A stretch of 64,000 bases of DNA from Isurus oxyrinchus (lineage: Eukaryota). The first letter of the stretch is position 1; the number at the start of each line of letters is the position of its first letter. The stretch spans positions 186,001-250,000 of the forward strand of contig JANJGN010000242.1 of NCBI GenBank assembly GCA_026770705.1, given 5' to 3'. This document shows positions 12,441 to 25,986 of the stretch, one piece after another. The translations under genes were made by a program, and so were the position numbers. The notes beneath the pieces were generated by a model. The model had not been told where the DNA came from. It was given only the letters and a program-made list of their open reading frames with translations, and ran no database searches.

Positions 12441-13449
12441 TTTACACTCAAAGGCCGTTAATGTCGATGTCCTGATGAATCGAGTGATCAGGGTCCGATC
12501 TTAATGTAATATTCAGTTGGACGCACCCAAACCTGACGGGCAACATTATTAAAGTGTCAACACGGGAGGAACAGATGTTGCAAGATTCACTTACAGATGG
12601 ACAATAAGGACCAGAATTACCATTGACACCCAAATTCCGAGAATGTATGTTTTTGGTTGTCAATTAAACATCACTTTTTTTATCATTTACGATCACTGAA
12701 ATTCAAATAAACAATGCGCAATATCTACAATATTTGTCACTATGTTCAGCTCATTGTTCCAGGAAGCAAATAGCCACTCCACAAGTAAAATAAATTGAAA
12801 AATAGAACATTTCAGGAAGTGAAACTCAGTTTGGCAGATTCGAAAAATCAAATATACCCGAATGCATCAGTAGGTGGCGCGTCTGCCCCGTTGGGTAGAC
12901 AGGCAGAGGACAAAAAGAACAATTTGTAATCGTCAGAAGAAGAAATGTCTTTCAGGGAAGGAAATCTGTCGTCCTTCTCCGGTCTGGCCTACATGTGACT
13001 GTAGACCCACAGCAATGTGATTGAACCTTAAATGCCGTTTGAAAAGGGGCAATTAAGGATAGGCAATAAATACTAGCCTAGCCAGCGGCGCCCACATCCC
13101 ATGAATGAAGAAAAATACGAGTTAATGGTCTAAAGTGCCACCAAACTTTTCGGTGCCTGATGCAAAACAAAATGCACCGCAGACGAAATGTGGAAGTAAC
13201 AAAGAACTAAATATTAACTTAAACGAGAAAGGGGAGAACGAATTCAGGATTCAGATGCTGAAGGTGAGGAACAAGCTGCTGATTCCTTAAATAAATAAAA
13301 AAAATCCGAGGTTGTAAACAGCCATGTGGATTGTAGAGCACTTAGAGACAAGGATAAAGCTGCACATGTCATTGTTGAGAACACAGCTCAAACACGTGGA
13401 CCAGCTTTCTGGTCTGGGACATCATCCGCTTTTCCCAGAGGACTGTGGT

Positions 13450-15605
13450 CTGTCGAGTGCCTTTCTGTCTCTTGACCAGGAGATGTTCATCACAATTATT
13501 TATTTGGGACTCTGCGAGCATTCGTGCTCGGGATGCATTTCGTTGCTCGGATCCGAATTCTGTGCACTGCCGCAGAGTGCTTAGTTAAGATTAATGGGTC
13601 CCTGAAGGCACCACTTCGCTTTGGGAGAGCAGTGCTTCAGGGCTGCCCCTGGTCTGGTCAATTGTATTCTGTCCGCTGGAGCCTTTCTTGCGCCTCTTGT
13701 GGAGGAGGTTGTCAGGATTAGTCCTGCATGAGCTGGGTTTCTGGGTGGTCCTCTAGGCTTACACCATTGACGTGTCCTCATGTTTACCAACCCGGCTGAC
13801 CTGTGGAGGATGGGCGAGTGCCAGGAGGTCTTTTCTGCCATGTCCTCTGCCAGGATCAACTGGGGAAACAATTCCGGACTCCTGGTCAGTCAGTGGCAGA
13901 TGGATGTCCTACCCGAGGAGCTCAGGCCTTTCATCTGGAGCAGGGCCAGCCTCCTCTATCTGGGGTCCACCTCTGCCCTGCTAAGGAATTGTGGCTGGTG
14001 AACTGGCAGGGGCTGGAGGCCAAAGCTACTTCTCACCTGGGGCGCTGGATACGACTGCTCTGAGTGCTGTCTTACCGGTGTTGAGTTCTGGTCATAAACC
14101 AGCTGATTGCCGCCATGTTGTCGTACCAGCTGGTCACTTTGACCCCTCTCCCGGACTTTGTCACAAAACTGCAGAGAATGCTCGTCAACTTCTTCTGGAA
14201 GAAATTGCTGCACTGGGTAGCTGCTGAGTTTCTGAGTCTCCCACTTAGGAAGGGTTGTCAGGCTTCCTGCAGTGACACCTTTAAATCAAGTCTCCTCCCA
14301 AACAGTGTGCCCTGGCGATGTATTTCCTCCGGTAGGTGCACGACCTGAGTAATGACGTGCAGCTCCTGTTTGTAGACCGGAGGGGCCTTCGTGGATCCTT
14401 GCAGGCATCGCCCACCTTTTACCAGGACCTGATCAATGCCTGGCACATGGTTGCCTTGCGATGCAGCTGTCCGCCATCAGGAGTAGCGGCCATCATCAGA
14501 GGTCCACTGTTCAGGAAGCCGCACCTCCGCCCTTTTCAGTGGCTGATGGAGAGGAGGGCTGTGGATGCTAGGGTGACCAGGATTGGGGACGTGTTGGGTG
14601 GTGGATGAGTGCGCTGGATGATTCCCAAGTATTTGATGCAGCATGCATTGGTGGACGTCCGGCTCGCGGCCAATGCCACCCAAAAACTTTGCACGGCCAT
14701 GCTCTGCCATGACATTTTCCTGGGTCTTCAGGTGGCGCAGATGCGCTGTTCTCCTTTGTCTCAGCATACCCCTGTTCGGACCAAATTCCACATTGGCTCC
14801 AAGCCTCGAACTCTCCTTCTGGAGCCCATGCCCCACAAGTTGACTCTCCTTGCAAAAATGACCCCCGTGACCTTTAGCACGGCATGGTGGGGCTTCCTGC
14901 ATCGGCTTTTGCTGCACACCATTTAGTTCCTTGCCCTCGCCCGCTGCCTGTTTCCGGTCAGTGGTGAAGGCCCCCAGTGGGAGGCCCACTACATGGACAT
15001 CCTTCCATTTTCCATCGGGACCTGGGGTGGATGGTGTTATATGCAGTAGTCCCACACAACCGTAGGCTGTGTCAGTTCACAGACTCCCAAGATGCCTCTG
15101 CTTTTTGCGGCCGTTTGGAGTCTGTGGATGCATATTTGAGCTGTTGTACAATGCACCCCATTTTTAGTTACTTGAAAACCTTTTGCTTCTGCTTTATTTG
15201 TACGTCAGTCCCACGCTCCTGATGTAAAAGCTTCCAGCTGGAGAGGGGAAGAGGGGATCTGCTCCTGCGCCTAGCCAAGTTGGCCATTCACAGTCCAGGC
15301 AGAGGCTGATCGAGGGGGCCGTCCAACCCGACTGTTTGCCTGTTTTCCTTCACTGTATTTGTGCCGGGTGTCCCGGGAGAGGGAGCACGCGGTGCCTGCC
15401 GGCACTGCCGACGCTTTCCATGCTCGGTGGGCACCGTAGTGACTGGGCTGTTTAATTGAACCTCTTAATCACATTTAGGCTTAATGTTTGCAAATTTCCT
15501 TTAAAGTTTGTCTTTCTTTTTGCAGCTTCACTTTAAGGGGCTGCTTTTTAAAAAAACTGTTCCCAATTTTGTTAATTTAGTTTATTTGCCTGACTGAAAA
15601 GAGTT
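13450..15605 (+). mobile_element. Tx1/L1-clade LINE ORF2 3' part (RT and zf-RVT region), degenerate
   Basis: FLSLDQE.., VKINGSL.APLRFGRAV.QGCP.SGQLYS, LLYLG, VINQLIAAML, and a C-terminal C..C..ESVDAYL.C-like motif. Confidence 0.8.
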
Positions 15606-15724
15606 TACATCTTTCAATTTTTCATTCAGGACTTCCTCTTACTTGTGTCCTTATTAGCTTAATGCTAACCATTCCATAGGCATTGTTCCCTTCTCTATGG
15701 AATTCCCTGCTCAAATGGGCCATG

Positions 15725-16010
15725 ATGGGGACAGGTAGCGTTATAGTTGCTGGACTAGTAATCCAGAAACCCAGGATAACGCTTTGGGACCCGGGTTCCT
15801 ATCCCGCCGTGGCCGTTGGTGCAATTTGAATTCAATAAAAGTCAGGAATTAAAAACCCTTCTGGTTCATGTAGGGCACGCCATCCTTCATGTGTCTCAAG
15901 GCCCACAGCAATGTGGTTGACTCTTAAATGCCCTCTGAACAATGGGCAATTAGGGGTGGGCAATAACTGCTGGCCTAACCAGCGACCTCCACATCCAATA
16001 AATAAAATAA
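15725..16010 (+). mobile_element. Deu-domain SINE copy
   Basis: Same head, core and tail as 2450-2790. Other copies or fragments at about 12950-13110, 48680-49065, 51975-52330 (+) and 53730-53850, 56215-56400 (-). Confidence 0.7.
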
Positions 16011-17509
16011 AAGAGTAAATGGTCCGAAATACCACTAAATATTTCCGTGTCTATTTGTTTCATAGAAAAAGAAATGTTAAGTAGGGAAAAACAACAAAGA
16101 AGTAAATAATAATTTAACCGAGATAAGATGAGAAAGAATTCAGGACTCGTGTTGAAAGTGGGGAAAAAGCTGCTGATTGCCTTAAATAACTCAATAATCC
16201 AAAATTATAAACAGACATGAGGATTGTATAGCACTTAGAGACAAGAGCAAAACTGCACGTCATTGTTGAGAACACAGTTCAAACACTTATCTTCCTCTCC
16301 ACAGATGCTATCTGACCAGAGATTTTCCAGCGGTTTTTGCCTTTGTTACACGTGGGACCAGTTTTAGGGCTCGTCTTTCGTTTTCTGTTAACTTCTTAGT
16401 CAGAGTTGGGACCAGTCTGAGAAAGATGAAGCACGGGTAGCGCGGGGGCGTGGGGAGGGTTGGGGGAGGGTGGGGGAGGGGGTGGTGATGTTGGGGGGGG
16501 TTGGTGAGGGGGATGCTGGGGGGCGTCGGGGGGGGGGATGTGATTGTGCTGGTGGGGGGTAGCGGTGTGAGAGACGTTAATCCAAATACATGAGCAACTT
16601 TTCACCAGGGGAGGGAATATTAAGAAGCAGTCTGACAGACTGTGCCCAAGCAAGGAAGGTTTTAAGAGGTTAATAAGAAACGAATTGAATCCGACTGGAT
16701 GCTCAGTGAGTAACTGGATGGCGTCATTTATCGTTATTGCAAAGGAGAGGGAGAGGGTAGAATATTTATGTATTTTGAGCAGGGCACTGTTAGAAAATAT
16801 GATGGCCCATGAAAAACCTTGATGGAGACAGCATCTATCAGTAATTTTGAAAGACAAGTGGATAAATATTTGAATAGTCAAAGGAAATTTAAAAAGACAA
16901 ATATGCAGACCCCAGACAAGTAATTAAGAACAAATGGATAACTCTTTAAGAGAGTTAGCACATAGTAGGCCTAATTGCCTCTCTTTGTGCTATAAAACAC
17001 TCCAATACTAAGATCACGAATGGTTCTTCATAGTTATAAAGTCAACAGAGAACAAACCTGATGAAACAATTTAACTCGTTGATACACCAGAAGCAAAGAA
17101 ATTCGTGAGCAGTGACAGTTCAAGTGGTTTGGTTTGAGAAGCCACTAATCGCTCAGTGGCACCGTGAATTACATCAGGTAACGACATCCTATAACAGACC
17201 AACCGGTGAGAATGTCGCCCATCCGTCTCCAACAGCACGAGGAGAATATAAACCTCTCCCCTCTTCCTTCCCACCGTTGAAAGTCCTGGGGTCGGCAGCA
17301 AGTCTCAGCCTGAAAATCAGACCCTGATTGATTTGCTTTTTGTCCATCCTGATCTTCATGAACACAAACCCCAGCAAAGACCTGTTTCCAATTGGAGCCT
17401 GTTGCTATTGATATTATGTCAGTTTATTTATCTAATCAGACGTTTCTTTTCTAATGTTATAATACCATATGTTTTGTGAGTGATTTTTCTTTTGTTCACA
17501 TCCTTTCAG

Positions 17510-17776
17510 TGCGAGGGTCAGAGCTCCCACCCTGAGCAGCTTGTGTCTTGTGAAGGGGAACAGGTTGAAGCGGACTGTCGGAGCTCGGTTGATTTTGGAA
17601 ATTCCGTAGCCTGGTATAAACAGTGACAGGGACTCCGCCATTTACCGCCTCCATTTACCAGGGGAATGTGACTAAAGACGCTGCACACTGCCCTTTGACA
17701 GGGTGAATAATTCCAATAGTCTACAGGTGGGACCGCGGCCCAGAGTGTCAGAGTTTAGCACTGTGCGATAGGGTCG
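17510..17776 (+). pseudogene. Eroded TCR/Ig V-segment relic
   Basis: After acceptor TCCTTTCAG the frame reads CEGQSSHPEQLVSCEGEQVEADCRSSVDFGNSVAWYKQ* (Cys23 and WYKQ). It ends in a HCAI-like stretch with a badly degenerate RSS-like sequence. Confidence 0.6.
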
Positions 17777-18207
17777 CATTGAGACAACGGCGGATTTGCC
17801 CGTACAATGTCTTGTTCACTGCCGTGTCCGTTGCACTGTTAGCCTTTCTCTAACACAGGACCGTTGGAAATGCTGGTGATATTCAGAAATGTTACTTTCC
17901 CATGTTTAAACTTCCATCTGGAGAAAGTTACATCCAATAGCTGCCATTACAGATACAGGGTAGAGAAACATATTCAGTAAAATTCTGTAGACAACAGATG
18001 GATGGAAAACAAACTTTGGCTCTCAGATATCTAGATAGAGAGGAGAGAATAAACAGATAAACAAGAAGTCATACAGACAGAAAGGCAGGCGGATAGACTG
18101 ATAGATGAATAGATAGATAGATCAGTTTATATAGCTGATATTTGGAAGCACTTTATTTAATTCTGCTCCCATATATCATTAAGATAATTTTATTATTATT
18201 GTGGCAG

Positions 18208-18455
18208 CTGCTCCTTTTCACTCGGAGACATTTCAGGTATCGATATATCGAAGAACTTCCGGACCAGAACTCGTATTCTGGCATTGGCAGTTCTCCAATC
18301 AAGTTCTTGAGTATCTTGTCTTCACATGTATAGATAGAAGAGTTCAGGGAAGCTTCAAAGTTTCTGTGGACCACGAGAAAGGCACCACCACTCTCACTGT
18401 TAACATACTTCAGCCGTTAGGCTGTGGTCTGTTACAATGCAGTGCGAAACCGTGA
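18208..18455 (+). pseudogene. Eroded TCR V-segment relic
   Basis: VFWHWQFSNQVLEYLV...RVQGSFKVSVDHEKGTTTLTVNILQPLGCGLLQCSA aligns by eye to V FR2-FR3 (WYRQ..LE.L; F.VS.D..K.T.LT...LQP.D.G.YYC). Confidence 0.55.
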
Positions 18456-19414
18456 AACTAAGAGATCAGGAATCTATGTGAGAACTTACTAGCATGGGGA
18501 CTGAGGAGGCAACAAGTCACAGGGCTCATAAATGAGAGACTCGCACGTTTAAATCTTTAGAAATCTAATTTAGATGTGTAAATTACACCATCTCTGTAAT
18601 CTGATAGAATAAAATATTATTTATGTTTACTTAGAAATTACAAGTTCATTCCTTTCACAATTTCTAGCAAAGTCGGCGCTCATCGAACCAGAATTTCTCT
18701 GCATTCATTCTGCTGTAGCTATACGAGGAGCCTTTAATGATACAATGTGGATGGAGATTCACCCTGCAGATCATCCCTGTTCTATATGCCTGGAATTGTT
18801 TGGAGCTTTCATTCCGTATGCAACCCGTGCTGCATTGACTCTGGTTAGGAGTGGAAGTGTAGAAGGAGATTTATGTTGTGTCATAAATGTGCCGTACCTG
18901 TCCTGACAGTGTTTGACTGGGTAGTGTAGAGGAAGCATTTCTCGCTTAGTAAACTGTGATGCCCCTGATTGACACGCTTGGCTGGTGAGTAGCATTCATA
19001 CACACACACCCGAACACACACACACACACGCTCAGATGCACACAAACAAAGAGACACACACTCAGATGCACACACGCTAACGTTCACACACACACACGAA
19101 CAAATAAATAGCGAAATAATCATCACCCTTGATTCATGGACCTATCCAATTTGGATCTGTGCCGCCTTTAATTATCAGGGGAGGGAAGATTCCATTTTTA
19201 CGAAATTTCCATCCAACATCATCAATGATGGAATTATTAACGTGAAGCCGATGAACATGCAGTAATGTATTGAACACACTCGAGAACGGAAATAATCTCA
19301 CAGTTGATGCAAAAAAGCAACTGTAGCAAATGGAAAACACTAAAGAGAGCGGTTAAAGTAAAAATAAAATCAAAGTAACAACACTCATAATAATCTGACG
19401 AAATAATAATTCAG

Positions 19415-19580
19415 CAAATTCATGCAGCAGTATTCGGGTAGAAGTTACGTTTATACAAAGTTCCACTGGATGGCGCTCCAGCACTTCAGCTTTGGCGAAA
19501 GCTTGCAGAATAAGTTTACCGGTGTCACGGCTCACAGATGGGGATTACAGGAAATATATATGTTCCGTGACACTTCACTC
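19415..19580 (+). pseudogene. Possible highly eroded V relic
   Basis: ISLPVSRLTDGDYRKYICSV resembles an FR3 end, and LYKVPLDGAP in an adjacent frame resembles FR2. No convincing RSS. Confidence 0.3.
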
Positions 19581-21689
19581 CATGCAATGGTACATTGAGC
19601 GCAAGTGCTTGTACATAATATGTAGGTGTTGTGGCAAAGGAATATTAAACAGTGAGCTCTGGGAATCATTGTATTTCATGGTCCAATGCCACCTGATAGC
19701 CCGAAGAAAAGAAGGGGCATTTTTCTTTCATCCAGATTGGTTCTTCAATGTTTCATGAAGAGATACTGGGATATGCTGATAATTTTGTAACTTAATGACA
19801 TTGTTATTATTGGCCACAAATTAAAAATTTTGCAGAAAGTGCCTGAATCCCGCCATTCATTTATTTCCATTAAACTCAGATTGACAAATCTTTCTGGCAA
19901 ATAATTTCACATTGCCGCTTCCCTCTGTGGAACTAATATTTCCTGTATTACAATATCGACTATGCTTGAAAACAAGTTCAGACTTAACGCTTCCTGAGAC
20001 CCTGAGGACGTAATATTTCGTTGAAAAGTTCGGATGAACCTTGTAACTCCGAGGGGGAAGCAGGATTGAAGGGTGGTACTAATTGTCAGCACCGTACGTT
20101 GCACATTTAAGGGCAAAAAGTGTAGTGTGAAAGTTTACTAATTCATGGTGGTGTTATGCCCTACCAATTACGTGTGCGTGTGTGTATGTATGTAAACCAT
20201 GTACAATGCTGTACTATGCATGTTTGCGTATTTCGTTTGTGGAGCACATGTGCATGCAAAGCACATAACACATCATTCTGAATATATGCAAATGCATGTT
20301 CCTGGCAATGCCACACTAGATCTTTACTTTTTTCATACTGAACAAGGCAATGATTTTGTCACACAAAATCCGTTTTCAATTATTATTGTATTTGAATTTG
20401 GACCTGTTACGTAATACAAGTCCCTGTCTCAGTTCTCTTTGAAGGGGAAAATGTCCACGTTTATATTAGATTAGACGCTGTCTCTGTTATTAATTTATTG
20501 GACCTTGTCCATATTACATTAAATCGCATCACATTTCAGGAGATTTGATCATGTTCGGCGATCATGTCAGAGCATATTTTGGCAGGGTTCATGTTTCACC
20601 AGACAATTGTTTAGTTCCTGTCACACACGGCCATCCCATGTCACTGTTTATAATACACCAGATCACGACATTGTCATTGTGTTTCAAACCTCTCACAACC
20701 ATCCACATTCTCTCATGAAACATATAAAAATACGACCATGAGACCATGGAGCAGAAGTAGGCCATTCAGCCCTTACAGCCTGATGCACCATTCGATACGT
20801 TCATGGCTGATCTGCTTGTGGTCTCAACTTCACTTTCCCGTCTGCCCCTTGAGTCCTTTGTCTACAAAAAAATCTAGCTAGCATTAGCGCAACATAATTC
20901 ACCCTTGAATAAATTTATTGACCAGGCTCCACTGCTTTCTGGGGAAAAGAATTCCACAAACGAAGGAACAACTGAGAGAAAAACAAATCTCTTCATTTCC
21001 GTCTTAAAGGTAGCACTGTTATTCTTAATCTCTGTTACCTAATTCTGGTCACTCCCACAAGTGGAAATATCCCCCCTGTATCTACCCTGTCAAGACACAA
21101 CCGCCGCCCCATCCCCCTCCACCTCAGGATCATGCATGTCTAAATTACTTATCATTCTTCTGAAATCAACTGGACATTGACCCAAACTATTCAAGACTTC
21201 TAAATAAGATAAGACATTCATCCCAAGCAACGATGAGGAAATGGATGGTTTTCAATGATAAGGAAGAAATAAAGAACCGACCGCTGCATACATTTGCTGC
21301 ACCATTTCTCAAAAAGCTCTTTATCCACCGAGAAAAACTGGTCGTGCGGCCTGAAGTTGCGAATAGCGCTGTTTATAACCATAAAGCAAACGTGCAGACC
21401 TAATGGACGCAGCATGTATTCTGGGCGTCTGAGAAAGCAACCCAGCTACTTCCAGTTACTTGTTCTTAATAAAATGTCTCATGTACCCTAGCACTGGGCA
21501 GGTAACAGAGCCAAATGGATTCACGTACTTTTCTGCAAAAAACGGTATCAACTCCTCTGACTATACTATCCCATACTACCACTACATTCCTCCCACTTGA
21601 ATGGGCCTCTGGGCCTCTGAAAGAACAACCCAGTTACTTATACTTGCTTGTTCTTAAGAAAATGCCGCCATAGTAACTTCAGAAATTAA

Positions 21690-24600
21690 TGAGTGGAGAT
21701 TGCGGCCTGAGTGAGGCAGAGGCTGAGTGAGTTTATTTGAGAATTTGGTTTAAGTGGGAATTCAACTGTTGTAGGTGCTGTACTGCAAGAATTGCAACGT
21801 AGAATAGGGTGCTGCGAGTTGGGTAATTGAGGGAGTTAGGGGAAGAAGGGAAAGCTTTGCTCTTTTACTTTCTGCTTTCGACCAATCTCTGCCTTCAGAA
21901 AGTTGTTGTACTCTACCACAGGAGAAGAAGCTAGTTACTTGGTGAGTATCTGGCAAGTGACTAAGGTTTATACCATTCCTAAATTTCAAAATAGTCTAGC
22001 AACTGGTAGTAAGGTTGATCAAATATATAAAAAGAAACGCAAATTATGTAATTGTGTGAAATAATTTAATAGTTAATTAGTACAAATTAGGGATGCCAGG
22101 AAAGGAGACGTGGCACAGCTGCAGCATGTAGGAGCTCCTTGATGCCAGTATGATCCAGGGCAAACACATCCGCAATAAGTGTTTGAAATTTGAGTAGCAT
22201 CAGCTACGAGTTTAAGAGCTGGAGGCCGAACTACAGACACTGCAGCGCATCAGGGAGGGATTCTTTGTACCAGGAGGCAGACGCACCTTTTAGGACAGGC
22301 TCATCTGATTTGGTCAGTGGTCAGAGGCAGGACAGTGTGTCTGTGAGTGAGCAAGTAAGGAGGCTCACAAGGCAGGAGTGCAGGAGCCTCGTCCTTTTCA
22401 ATTGTCCAACAGATTTGAAGATTTTTCAGCATGTTTGGATGAGAGTGGGGGCTGAAGAGTAGAAGAACTAACTGGCCATGGCACCATGGTACAGGAAGCC
22501 ATTCAAGTGGGAGGAATGTAGTGGTAGTATGGGATAGTATAGTCAGAGGAGTTGACACCGTTTTTTGCAGAAACATACGTGAATCCAAGTGGCTCTGTTG
22601 CCTGCCCAGTGCTAGGGTGCTGGACATATGCTCGGGCCTGGAGAGCGACTTGCAGCCGGAGGGGGATGGCCTAGTCATCGTGGTTCCTATAGGTATCAAC
22701 GACATAGGCTGGACAAAGAAAGAGTTTCTGCATGGTCAGCACGAGGATGTAGACACCAATTTACGAAGCAGAACCTCAAAGATCATAAGCTCTGGATTAT
22801 TACGTAAGTCACGTGCAAATTGGCATAGGACAAATCATATGTGGGAGATGAGTGCGTGGTTCACAGACTGATCTGGGATAAGTGGGTTCCGGTTCATGGG
22901 GCACTCTCACCAATACTGGGGAAAGTGGTATCTGCACCGTTGGGATGATCTACACTACTGGGGCCAGTGCTCTTGTGAGCCGCGTAACAAGGGAAGTAGA
23001 AAGTGGTTTCACTTAAATAGTGGGAGCAAGGGATCATATTTGGGAAAAGTGAATAAATCAAGGAGCAGGACAAGACAAAAGAGAAAGGTATTATTAGGGG
23101 AAATGAAAAATGGGAAGGGATAGACACTACAAATCTCACAGTAAATCAGCAGAGGAAGTGAGAGGCTATCGGAAGAATAAAAGGATAAAACTAAATGCTC
23201 TGTATCTGAATGCAGGTGGCATTCGAAATACAACAAATGAACTGAGAGCGCACATAGACATAAATAATTACGATTTGATACCCATCATAGAGACATGGCT
23301 GCAGGAGGACATAGATTGGGACCTGAATATTGAAGGGTACATGTTTTTTAGGAAGGACGGGAAGCGTGGAAAATGTGGAGTGGTCACTCTGTTTATTAAT
23401 GATGGTATTAGCACAATAAATAATGAGGACTTAAGTTCGGGAATCCAGGGTGTGAAAACGGTTTGGGTATAGATGAGAAATGCCGAAGGCACCAAGGAAG
23501 TTCTGGGAGTTGTGCACAGGACCCCTAACAGTTACCACTTGGTAGAGTTGACCATAATGACATAAATATTTGGAGCTTGACAGAAAGGCATGCCGATAAT
23601 CGTGGGAGGTTTTAATTTGCATATAGATGGAAAAAGTCAAATTGGCAAAGATAGGCTAGCTGAGGAGCACATTGAATGTTTTCGGATTGTTTCCTGAAGG
23701 AGCATGTTCTGGAGCCAATTCGATAGGAGGCTATACTAGGACTGGTAATGAGTAAGAAAATGGGAGTAATTAATGACTTCATAGTGAAGATACTCCTAGG
23801 TAGCAGCCACCAAAATATAATTGAATTGTACAGGCGAGTTGAGGGAGAGAGGAGTGGACCTGAGACGAAGTTTATAAACTTAAATAAGGTCAATTATGAA
23901 ATCATGAAAGCTGAGCTAGCTAAAGTGAATTGGCAAATTAGGTTAAGTGAAAGGTCAATAGAGATGCAACGGCTAATATTTAAGTGGGCATTTGAGAATG
24001 CACAGAATAGATACATTCAAACAAGTAGGAAAAATCCCAGGAGACGGACACACCATCCATGGTTAACTAGAAAGGTTAAATATAGCATCAAACGCAAAGA
24101 AAAAACATAGAATTGTGCCAAGATAGGTGGGAGACCAGACGATTGGACAAAATGCAAGAAACAGCAAGGAACGACTAAAATATTACTAAGGAGGAGAAAA
24201 TTAGAGTATGAGGGAAAGCTAGCCATAAATATAAAAACAGTGTTTAAAATTATTATAAAAAGTGTATAAAACATGTTTTATAAATATTTAAAAGAGAGAA
24301 GAGTTAACAAAGTGAGCGTTGGTCCCATAGAAAGAGAATCTGGAGAATTGATAAAGGAAATCACGGAGAAGGCAAATGAATTAAACTAGTGTTTTGCATC
24401 AGTTTTCACTACAGAGGATAAAAGTAACATCGCAGAAGCAGCTGTAAACCAGGAAATGGAAGTGGCGAAGGAAGTCATGAACATTACAGTCACAAGAGAA
24501 GTGGTACTGAGTAAATTCTTGGAGCTGCGTGCTGACAGGAGCCCGGGTCCTGATGGACTTCATCCTGGGGTATCAAAAGAAGTGCCTAGTGAGATAATTG

Positions 24601-25380
24601 ATGCATTGGTTGAAGTTTTCCAAACTCGCAAAATTCTGGGAAAGTCCCATTCGATTGCAAGATAGCAAATGTAACTCCAATATTCAAATAGGGAGGGAGA
24701 CAGAAAGCGAGTTACCACAGGCCAATTAGCTTAACATTTGTCGTCGGGAAAATGCCAGAAGATAATATTCAAGAAGTTATAGCAGAGCTCTTGGATAAAC
24801 TTAAGTTCATCAGGCAGATTCAAAATGGTTTTGTGAAAGGGAAATCGTGCTTAACCAATTTATTGGAATTATTTGAGGAAGTGACGTGGGCTGTGGATCA
24901 AGAGGGACCGGTGGATGTGCTGTACTTAGATTTCCAGAAGATATTTGAAAAACTGTCGCATCAAAGGTTATCGCAGAAAATGAAAGCTCATGGTGTAGCG
25001 GGTAACATTTTGGCATAGATAGAAGATTGGCTGTCTAACAGGAAGCAAAGAGTAAACATAAATGGATCTTTTTCATGTTGGCAGTATGTAACGAATGCTG
25101 TGCCACAAGGATCATTGCTGGGACCTCAACTGTTTATAATTTATATGAATGACTTGGATGAAGCGATTGAAGGGATGGTTGCCAAATTTACTGATGACTC
25201 AGATGTCCGTAAGAAAGTAAGTGGCAAAGAGGACATACGGAGGCTTCAAACAGATATAGTTAAGTTGAGTGAGCAAAGATCTTGCAAATGGAATATAATG
25301 TGGGAAAAAATCCCATTTCATCAAATACATTTGTTTAAGTGGAAAGATTAATGTTAATGGGGAGAGAGTTGCAGTGAAGC
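21690..25380 (+). mobile_element. Near-full-length CR1 LINE (ORF1 esterase-like, ORF2 endonuclease and RT), degenerate, 3' truncated
   Basis: ORF1 VVWDSIVRGVDTVFC...CCLPSARV. Endonuclease LNALYLNA..IRN...ETWL. RT DRSPGPDGLHP, GFVKGKSCLTNL, LYLDFQK, PQGSLLGPQLF, KFTDD. Confidence 0.9.
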
Positions 25381-25384
25381 AGGA

Positions 25385-25497
25385 GAACAAAAGAACGAGA
25401 TAAAGAAAGAAAAAAGAAAGAAGGAACGAAGGAAGAAAGAAAAAAAGGAAGGAAGGAAGAAAGAAAGAAAGAAAAAATGGAAAAATGAAAGAAAGAA
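25385..25497. repeat. (GAAA/GGAA)n purine-rich microsatellite
   Basis: Direct inspection. Confidence 0.85.
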
Positions 25498-25986
25498 CAT
25501 CTGTTTATAGAGAGAGCCTTGAACGACTACAGGACTTTCCCAAAGTGCTTTACTGCCAATTAAGTTTTTTCCCATTGTAATGAAGGAAATACTTCAGCAA
25601 ATGTGCAGAGAGAAATATTCCACAAATGTAACTGAAAAGTCCTCAGATAGCTGGTTTCAACTGGTTTAAATGAGGGACAGTTACTGTAAGAAGCTGGGGA
25701 AAGCTCTTCCTGCTCATTTCTGAAATTCCAACCGTGGGTCGTTACATCGATCTAAGAGAGCAGATGCTCACAGTGGTTTAACATCTCATCCAGAAACGCT
25801 GCAATTGTCTTAGTTCAGTATTCCTTCAGGGACACAGGGAGACTATCGGCACTGGAGTATGGGCCTGAAATCCCACAGATCCGGGAGCAAGAACCCAGCA
25901 CTTTCTGATTCTGGAGAGAGAGATTGAGCTACACATTGAACTACTCTGATAGAAGTGAAATAACACAAGGACGTTTTAACGTTTGT

